A stretch of 63,937 nucleotides of DNA, counting the filler, from Dimargaris cristalligena (Eukaryota): NCBI GenBank assembly GCA_003614675.1. It is 3 parts of 3 records of this genome, joined end to end, with 100 filler letters (N's around TTAATTAATTAA, not from the genome) between each part and the next. Parts side by side here need not be neighbours in the genome. Positions count along the whole stretch, not along the records: positions 44,093 to 63,937 come from ML002716.1; 2 more parts are not named here. One strand, written 5' to 3'. This document shows, piece by piece, positions 54,785 to 63,937 of the stretch. How positions within the stretch are numbered: the first letter of the stretch is position 1; each line of letters starts with the position of its first letter. The translations under genes and the position numbers were made by a program. The notes under the pieces are model-generated. The model searched no databases. It saw nothing but the letters and a program-made list of their open reading frames with translations, and was not told the origin of the DNA.

Positions 54785-55269
54785 TTATCGTATAATGAGT
54801 ATGTGCGATGAAGCCCCAACCACCCATCTTCACACATTCGCAATAGCCCTAATTGGGGTTACACAGGTTAGAAACCACCAATCTACAAATCAGCGTCCCA
54901 TTGCTAAACGAATAATACAGTAACGACGGCTCTATCGCTATTAATCACGTGTTTATTTGCTTGTCTAATTGCATGCATGGCTTTTGGCACTAAAATTCAT
55001 GTTGCTCGACATTAACCACCCATTCGCACTATTCAAGTGTAACGCAAAAGAAGAAGAAAAAAACGAAGACTGCCTTGAATTTGAGAAAAGCTCGAATTGC
55101 CCCTGGGCATTAGACCTCTACCGTAGCCTATGTTAGTCGAGCGGTCATTTCGCCATTTACAAACCAGTTGTTGACTAACCGCATGTGTCTTTCAAATCGT
55201 GCCCATAGCCTTCCCATTCCCAATACCTAATAATCTTAACAGCACTTGTCATTTGTAAGAAGCGTCGCT

Positions 55270-58200
55270 ATGCCCGGTCCCAATAAAAAGCGTAAAACTG
55301 GTAGGTCAGAAGCCCCCGCTCGGGGTTCCGGTGGTCAGAATATGGGTAAGTTAAAAAAACATATGTTTACACGATAGTAGGGGCCTTTGGAGGGATGGGT
55401 GTTGTCGCATGGGCTAGGTCCGACCGCTGTCTAGTTTTGTCAACTACTACACTTACACTTCACCGGTCGCTTTTACAGATAGTATAGGGACATCGAGCGG
55501 TCGGCTCGGCAAATATGATCTTCTCCGCTTAGCTTAAAAACTAGTTTCACTAATGCACAATTTGCTATATATTCCGCTTGCCGAACGTATGTTCTAACGT
55601 CGATGGCTATTACCGCTACGCGACCGCGATAATAGTTAAACCCAAGCCTAAAGGGAAAGCCAAACCCAAGACCCGAAAAAACATCCGTAAGGCCGAACGT
55701 CAGGCTAAAAAGCAGCGCCAGATTGCCCATCGAGAGCATGTAAGTTAGTGTCGGTTAAATACAATATTGATTTCGGGTGCGCTATGAACGAATAGCAAAA
55801 TGCATCACAATGCCCATGGACTTAGCTTGGCTGGAATTACATATCTCTTAAATGAACTAGACCACGGTGAGAGTCAATATCATTAATCAGAGTGGCACCC
55901 ATTATACCTACTAATGAATGTGTATAATTGTTTAATTCCTAATTTACATTTATAGCGTCGTGAAGTGCTACACCCCGGTTCTAAGAAAAACAAGCCTGCG
56001 TCACAGCCGACTGTTTCTAGTAACACCAAGCCTTCCCTCCCCGTGCCGACCAAACAAGCCCAGTCCGACCCCGATGACGACGACTCTTCGATTGCGTCGG
56101 ATGAAGAAATCGTATCATCTGAGGATGATGATGATGTCGCCTTACCCCCCACCAGCACCACTGATGTTGACAATGGTTCCTTTTCACGGAGCGGAACTAG
56201 CTATGCCAACGATCGTGAGGACCAAGAAATGCGTTTCCTGGAAAGTCAGCTCGGCATTCGAAAGACCGGCAAAAAAAACTTACCGAGCTTTCTACAGCGG
56301 GACGGTCTCGACTTTTTACTGGAGGATTTGAACGTGGGTTCTGGTATGTTGAGCTTGCCAACCCACAGCAAGATGGAGGGAGCTCTTAAGCGAAGCCGTG
56401 ATGAGTGGGATTCGGACGCGGACGCAGATTCTGACGCAGCCGGCCCTGGACTTGATAGCGAGGCGGATGATGGATTGGACATGTACGGCGTTGAATCGGA
56501 GGGGGAGGAGGAAGGCGAAACCTGGGACCAGGCCTTAAACGAGTTAGAAGGTGGTGAAAGCGACGATTACGAAGATGACGACGACGATGAACTAGACAGC
56601 GAGGATGGAGGCTTCGGCGAGGAGGAAGCCGATTTGGCTGTGGGTGAGGGATCGAGCGATATCGAGGTCAGTCAGGACGAATCCGAATCAGTGTCCGACG
56701 TCGAGTCGAAGTCTTCTATGCCAGCCAAAAGTAAATCGCGTATCTTGAATAAGCCCACTTCCGAATCTGGGGAAACCATCAAGTCCGAAAATCGTTATGT
56801 ACCCCCGCATCTACGGAAATCACTCGGCCGGGATAACGAGCGCACAATGAAGCTGCGCAAACATTTCCAGGGTCTATTGAACAAGTAAGTACCTCTATTG
56901 CACACGTCACTACCCATAGAGGCAGCCTTAGGCTACTCACTCAAAAATCGAATGTTCAGTAAATAGGGAAGAAGTCGGGCCTGTGTGAAGGTCAACACTA
57001 ACCCTGAGACCCCTCTCGACCAAACTACTTACACAATAACCTGAACCAATCGTTTATATGTGATAACTGTCCAACTCATCCTTTATAGGCTTAACGAATC
57101 CAATATTGAAACCATTCTTCACGACGTCGAGGCCCTCTACAAGAAGTATTCCCGGGGCGAAGTGACGGCCGTGTTCACCACCATGGTTATCCAATCGGTC
57201 ACCAGCCAAGCCATTCTTCTCGACTCCTTCCTGACGCTCAACGCGGCCTTCGTATCGGCGATTCACCGAATCATTGGTACTGAGGCGACTGCGCACTTTA
57301 TCCAAGAGGCTATGGAGCTTTTCGATAAAAACTACGAACAGGTGATTCAGACGGTAGCCAACTCCGGCACTGACGACGACGACTCCTACGACACGGTGAG
57401 CAAAGAATGTACCAATCTCGTAGCCCTCATCGGTGAGTTGTACAACTTCCAAGTCATTGCCCACCCCCTCATTTTTGACCTCGCCGCTGTGCTCAGTGCG
57501 GACATTACCGAAATCAACGTGGAACTTCTGCTCAAGCTGATTAAGATTGCCGGTCACCAGCTCCGGCAAGACGATCCCGCCCGGTTGAAGGAAACTATTG
57601 TGTCGGTCAACGCTGCGGTGGCCAAACTACCCCAGGAGAAGCTCAACGCCCGCACTAAATTCCTACTGGATGTGTTCACCCAGCTGCGAACCAACCGCCT
57701 ACGGGACCCCCGTTCGACTCGCGCCGAAAGCCAGGCCCGCCTAAAGAAATTCTTGGGTAATCTATCGGCTAAGCGGGGTCACCGCGGGGAAACCCTTCGG
57801 GTCAGTCTGGATGACATTCGGAGTGTTGATACCAAGGGCAAGTGGTGGCTAGTCGGTGCATCTTGGGCCGGTCACGACCATGGTAATACCGCGGGTCAGT
57901 CGGAAGCCGAATCCAAGCAGGAGAAGTCCGCCCCCGTGGTGGAAGCGGTCATAACGGAGGAATTGCTCAACCTCGCCCGCCGCCAAGGAATGAACACCGA
58001 CTCCCGTCGATCGATTTTTGCCACTATCATGACCAGTGAGGACTATGCAGATGCCTACAACCAACTCCTCCTCCTGGGCCTAAAGCGGGACCAGGAACGC
58101 GAAATTGTGAGGGTTATTCTGCACTGCTGCCGGGCGGAACCGGTCTTCAACCCTTACTACGCGGTTCTCGCTCAGACGTTTTGTAACAAAGAGTCCAAGT

Positions 58201-58754
58201 TTAAAACGACTTTCCAGTTCCTGTTGTGGGATTCCCTTCGGCAGTTTGGTGAGCGGGATGTCGGTGGCCTTAGTCGTCAAGCCTATGATCAAGAAGGGGA
58301 GGAGGGCGATGATGGATTTGGCATTTCGGCGGGTGGTGGTCGCCGTCGGGGTGGTAAACCTGAGGATACTCCGCTGCATCAGGTCGTTAATTTGGCCCGA
58401 CTCTACGCCTACCTCATTTCCCACCAGTCTTTGACTCTACTGATTCTTAAGTCCCTCAATTTCACTTCTCTACAGCCCAACACTCACATTTTCCTGCAAA
58501 TCCTATTTCTACACCTCTTTTGGCCCTATCGGGCCAAATCCCGCTCTGACTACCGGGGACTACTCGATATGTTCGGCCGGGTATCGACTAATAACGCCGC
58601 ACTGGGTCAGGGCCTTCTCTTTTACATACACACCTATTTGCGCAAATCCAAACTTCCCAAGTCGGATGAGGAAAGAGCCGTGCTACAGTGGGGGTGCAAA
58701 ACTGCCAAGGAAATTATCGAAACGAGCACCCCTAATGACATGAGTGGGCTTTAA
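55270..58754 (+). CDS. SGD1: Sgd1/NOM1 nucleolar MIF4G + MA3 domain protein, ~924 aa; exons 55270-55345, 55636-55739, 55956-56884, 57089-58754
   Basis: TRKNIRKAERQAKKQR, acidic tract, RYVPPHLRK, QGLLNKLNESNI, ELYNFQVI, GHQLRQDDP, TKGKWWLVGASWAG, ARRQGMNTDSRRSIF, SEDYADAY, QEREIVRVILHCC, FNPYY. The 5' exons are less certain. Confidence 0.9.
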
Positions 58755-59515
58755 AAAGTTGGCCATCTGGTCCATCATGATTCTTTACATGCAGTTTTAA
58801 AAAACCAGAATGGAATTCCGACCCCTGCTTGATATTAAAGTGCATAATTTTTAAAATATTACAGCAAGTGTCAAGCTTGTTTAATAGTAGTATTATTATT
58901 TCGAGCCCCTGTGCACCAAACTGTGGTACTATTTCTAAGCAGTTCTCATCAGAAAGGGGTGCGCAATTTCTACTCACAAAAATTAGTGAACTATAGTATA
59001 ATGGATAGTTGAGGAGGACTAGGGAGTTAGCGTATGAAAGCTCAATTAATGTTTTTATTAAAACACGACGGGCTCAGTTATTCGGGTAATATTTTTGGTT
59101 TTGCACTCTAGGTTCGATCGGGTCGGTGGCTGTTCGTCCGTTGCTCGGCGGGAAATCCACGGGTAGCGGGTCACATAGTTGGATTCGTTCGCTGGGTGGC
59201 TTACAATAGAAGCCCAATACAAATTATTACAGGCGTTAAGATTCAAGACGGGTTTATTGAATTATAAAGTATAGCTGAGTATTAAGTCATGGCGTAAATT
59301 GATTAGCGTAAAGTCCAATATTGAATGGGAATGATGGGGATTCGGCCATCAAAAGGAATAGTACACCACCGGGTTTCCGGAGCTAGCTCGATTAATATCA
59401 ATAGGGCGTAAAAAGAACATACCATAGAAGTGAAAACTATACTTTATTCACCTCTTCTATATTGCGCAGTACCTTCACCAAGAATATGGCATATCGTCGT
59501 TTTTAATGAACACTG

Positions 59516-60082
59516 TTAAAGGCGGTACACCATGGATAAACCAAGAACAGCAATAGCCGAGCTCAAGGCGGTAACACTGCTGGCCCCCGAGTCGGCCTCG
59601 TCGTCAGTGGAAGAAGCATCGACACCGGACGATGCGGTGGGTCTAGCCGAAGTCGTTTTGCTGGAGCCAGCTGGGGCGGCAGCAGTGGTATTCGCGGAGG
59701 AGACGACAGTGGCAATCGCAGAGGAGGAAGCAGCGGCGATCACGGAGGGGGCAGTGGGGACCTCTGAAGAGGATGGGGTAGGGTCGGACGAATCTTCATC
59801 CGACTCAAGAGTCGTCAGGTCAATACCGGCCGCCTCGTAAAAGTCGGTTGAGCACTTCATGGCACACTGCAATATGTCACTTTGATTAGTTAAGGACGCA
59901 CAATTTTCGCCGCAGAGTTGGATTTGGCTGATTTGATCGGACGTAGCACCAAAGCAGTCAACGAGACACTGCTCACTGTTGGACAGGCACGATGGTTTCT
60001 GGATACACTCAGCCTGCTGGGTGGTTACAGCGGAAGCGGAAGCCAGAATGGCGAGGAAAACTACGGAAATGGCGGCCTTCAT
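59516..60082 (-). CDS. Small Cys-rich, Ser/Thr-rich, predicted GPI-anchored surface protein, 188 aa
   Basis: Signal peptide MKAAISVVFLAILASASA, an eight-Cys domain with three CxxxC motifs, an S/T/A-rich stalk and C-terminal SGASSVTALSSAIAVLGLSMVYRL typical of GPI signals. TATAAA-like sequence upstream on the minus strand (~60206-60211). Confidence 0.82.
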   Translation of the reverse strand: MKAAISVVFLAILASASAVTTQQAECIQKPSCLSNSEQCLVDCFGATSDQISQIQLCGENCASLTNQSDILQCAMKCSTDFYEAAGIDLTTLESDEDSSDPTPSSSEVPTAPSVIAAASSSAIATVVSSANTTAAAPAGSSKTTSARPTASSGVDASSTDDEADSGASSVTALSSAIAVLGLSMVYRL

Positions 60083-61211
60083 GGTAATAGTAGGTGTGGG
60101 GTGGACAAAAGCGAGTGCTGGAGAATTAAACTTATAAAAAATCATTAATACTAAAGAAAAGTTGGGTTAGCATAGGAGACCGTGGATATGGTGTGGACCG
60201 GTCCAATTTATACCGGCCCAGGCGGGCACAGCGGTTGAAGAGTACACATGTCCGCGCTATCCAAAATATTCATGATTTACGGTGCTTCACCAATCATAAT
60301 TGCCATTAAATCCCCTCCAATTACAACCAAGCATTGCTTAGCTAATCAGTACCGTATCATGCTATATAACAGGTTCTTGATTGCTACCTGTGAGGATCGC
60401 CTGCCAGTGTTCTCCAATGGACACTCGACTATTTCTCCTTATACATCACTATAGAGCGTGATAATGCCACAGAATGTGCCTAAGTGGGGACAATTATGCT
60501 GAGGGAAGCAAAACATATAGTGTACCTCGAAAATAGCTAGCGTGTATAACGAGTAAATAGTGTTTTATGTTGTTTGTAAAGAGGTGGCGTTACAGTTGGC
60601 CCTCCTTTATCTGAACCTAAGGGGATTTCAACGGAGGTGGGTCATTCTCTTGGCCTATACATGGGGCATGGGGATGGCTATGGGAATTTGTATGCACTGC
60701 GTATGAGAAGGGGAGTATTCACTCAGAAAAATCCGAGGGCGATCAGTCTAGTGTGAGGACCTACGATCATTGGCTACACAATGCTCTGGGGGAATTATTC
60801 ACTCTTCAGGATTTGGTCAGTGGACTATTTCCTGATCTTTGGCAACTATTTTTAATCAAGCTTGCTGGAGAGGGAGAGTCATGGTAATTTCCAATGGCAG
60901 TATCATGTATGACATACTGTCTTCCTCCCTAGGAAACTAATGATGCCAATTTATAAAGGGGGCTGCCAAAGTCTCTAAATAGGTGTTTGATTTGTTATAA
61001 TGATGCGGGATTCATTAGAGGGTATTGGTAAATTGTAATAGTTATGGTAAGAAAGGGACCTCAGTAACTCGTGGAGGGGGCGGGGCCCAAAGTATTAGTA
61101 TATTCACACAACTGTACGTTGGTGCCAGAAATATACATGTTATTGATTGGTTGGACATTCTCACAGTTGTATGATGGTTGGACTATTACATCTCCATCAA
61201 CACCCAGAAAT

Positions 61212-61354
61212 ATATGGGTGAAATTCAAACCAGCTGTATAAGGTCTTACAATATACGTGTATGGGCGAATATGTGAGAATAACTTTTAACCAGTAATATT
61301 GGCCGCATCCAATGGATTTTTCATTATACAGCCTGAATGAACTTTTCCCATATT
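61212..61354 (+). mobile_element. MITE-like ~145-nt element, copy E
   Basis: ATATGGGTGAAATTCAAACCAGCTGTATAAGG...AATGGATTTTTCATTATACAGCCTGAATGAACTTTTCCCATATT. Closest to copy A, with the clearest terminal inverted repeat. Confidence 0.72.
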
Positions 61355-63937
61355 GACCCGTTTTATGCTTACCACCATACTTGGCATTTAGTCCGCCAAG
61401 CACCCACACTACATTTCCAACAAGGGAGGTAAGTAGTTCACATTGTCTGGTAGTGTTACGCTTAAGCCTAGAGGAGACCAGTACTAACATTATAACCAAG
61501 TTGGGTACTTCAGATACATATGATTGCTTGCTGTGATTTTTTTAAGGGCCAAGTTTGGGATGAGGCGTGTTATTATGTATCTTTGAACCTAAGTCCATTT
61601 GAGAGATCAATTGAGCTAGTAATTATTTGTTTCCTGTGTAATAACGCATTTTCGCCTGTGAGACTAAGGGATTTTTCGGGTTCTGAATGTTTAGCCCCGC
61701 TCAGCGGGGCCAGGTGATGGGTCAAAGAGGCACGTCTCTTGGGTATCTCTGTATTAGAGGAAGTAACGCACCCATACAATGGTAACGTGAGAGGGGGCGA
61801 GCCCGCCCCAACTCGCCCACAAAAAGCTACCGTCACTGATGTACACAGCGTAGCCACTCTCCTCTTGGTTTTCTCCTTCAGATATACCGAAAAATGAAGC
61901 TAGGGATATAGGGTTTCTTGATGATTAGTATAAGACAACATCAATATTCTGAAGAACCTCGCTTTTATAATTTTGGTTATTTAACCCCCCTCCCTCCAAC
62001 TTCTAAACTGCTAAAACAATTAAAATTTCAGTGCTGGCCAGCAAACTGTCTAAAAATTTTCGACCCAGAATTATTATATAGTTAAGGTTTATCGTGAAAA
62101 TGGCACATCAGAGTCCATGAGAGTAGGCCTACTATAAACTACTACACCGGGAATTGTCGCGGTCGGATTATACTGATATGTTATAAAGGGGGGGGGTATC
62201 AACACATGTGTACTTAAGAGCGGGGCACTAACTGGCAGTGATAATATAAGGGACGATATTATTAGAAAAGGCAGCATACAACTAAACCAAGAAATAGACA
62301 GACCAAAAGCGGGATAGATATTAATTTATAGGGGAATAACTGGTGTGTTATTGTAACCGAGCAGGTCGAGTAGGGCTGGAGAGAAATAAGAAATAACTAA
62401 GAATCACCAAGTAGGGCGCAAATAACTAGACAAGTAATAACAAAGCTCGTAAACGTAATATTATAATTCGTATTTTATTGAAAGATGCAGGACAATAGTG
62501 GGCCGCTTGGGCAGTAGGTTTTATTCCTCTGGGATGAGGTGTTGCTCCTGTGCTGCTGGGGGAAGGCCGTTTTCTTCCTGTGGGGGCATCAAATCGTCCA
62601 TGTCATGGCCCGTGGAGTCTTCTTCGCTTGGCCGGGGGGTACTGTGATGAGGATCGACCTCTCACCTCTGAGTGGGGGCGGTCTCCTCCGGTTGCACTAT
62701 CAAAAAATGGTAATGCCGACCTTAAAAGGTATCCACAGGTATCCAGTAGATTCTGAAGGATACGAGTCATATCTTTGACTAAACAATAGGTGTAAACAAT
62801 TGGCTCCTTTAAGAATTGAGCAGGTATAGCTATAGATTACTGCCACTCTAAGGCTTACACCATGGTATTGTAGCGCCATCCGGAGGTCGGCACTTATCCC
62901 CAGACTATGGACAGCCAGTCATCCTCATCAGGGGGCGGAATATACCATAATATACAATGGCAGTATCATTCCCAGCATTTGCCCACTGAAATTACTGCCT
63001 ATACTGTGGCATACACAAATAATAATTATTAATTTCTTTATACTCGCAGTTTGCATTAAAAAGTCCGTCATTATTCCTTGCATTTAAAAGTCTGACCTAT
63101 TTTTTGAGTGATTCCTTATTATTCCATCTCATTCCATTCTTGACCTTTTTTCTACATCCCTTCCCTTGTATCCAGCAGCCCCTAAGGCCCATGGGATAGT
63201 TACATAAGTAAACAGCGAATTCCTGCTTGTTTGAAAAACAGATCATTGCTTGTTTATTTGACACTCAAATTCTACTATTCCTTGAACTCAGTCCCGATTT
63301 TTTATTGATTATTTTTTATTATTTGACATGGCTGTCTTTTTTTAAATTTATTTTCAATAAATTTTTGCAACCCTCGTTTTATCCCCCCCATCCTCTGTCC
63401 AATCTGCTGGCCACCCGCCTCCTCTGAAAACCCACCATGACAATGTCCAACTCTGCCCCGGTCCCATCCCACTCCGCAAACCTCCCGTCTTCTGCCACCA
63501 GGGAGCTGGCCACTATGACTTTAGGCCATGTTGATAAGGAGGCTGCTGCCTCCTTGCAAATCCCGAAGGCTGCTAGCAATAGGCTGGATGTCTTCATAAT
63601 ACAGTATCATGGCACCTAATTTGGGTGAATGCTGTGGTAAAGAATCAGATAGGAATGGTGCAAATACTATTTTGCAATACCCAGACACCTGTATAGCTAG
63701 ATAACTCATCCTTATATTGATGTTCACCTTAATTTTAAGCTATATAGTGACATTTGCAATGTTAGCATGTGTCTAATTAACATACATTTTCTAGGCTTAG
63801 GAATCTTAGTTGTTACCTGAATTATACCACCACATACTACCCTCTAAGTATTTAATCAGATCCATGGCTGTTCTCTCTTTTGATGCCTTGGCTCACAATA
63901 CTCCAGAATATCGATTTTTGGAGTATTGATGACCATC

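Noticed and set aside
55479..55510. Possible extra small exon with a GC donor in SGD1 intron 1 (TTTTACAG|ATAGT...CTCG|GCAAAT)
   Set aside because: Frame-neutral and not required; weak donor and no conserved motif to support it.

Overview
Eukaryotic (fungal) nuclear DNA with spliceosomal introns. Protein style, intron signals and gene content suggest an early-diverging fungus, possibly Zoopagomycota (inference only). The window is three sequence pieces joined by two artificial 100-nt spacers (44 N + TTAATTAATTAA + 44 N) at 21956-22055 and 43993-44092. Piece 1 is gene-sparse: a bHLH-Zip factor, a zeta-crystallin-type quinone oxidoreductase with a long N-terminal extension, and a PA-like/TM membrane protein. 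Piece 2 holds a truncated mitochondrial-type ORF, MO25/HYM1, an Nrc-2/Fpk1-type AGC kinase, CTU1/NCS6 (GC-AG intron), a second bHLH, ERG10 thiolase, ACL4, an orphan secreted protein and NTM1/TAE1. Piece 3 holds a PPR protein, a TFB1M-like rRNA dimethylase head-to-head with a bacterial-type mitochondrial alanyl-tRNA synthetase, SGD1/NOM1 and a Cys-rich GPI-anchored protein. The most unusual signals are (i) a dispersed ~145-nt element with imperfect terminal inverted repeats, in at least five copies, (ii) a ~1.08-kb block with no CpG and abundant TpA, resembling repeat-directed C-to-T hypermutation, and (iii) three adjacent mitochondrial gene-expression genes. Exon models were derived by hand from splice signals and frame continuity. 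No database searches were run.
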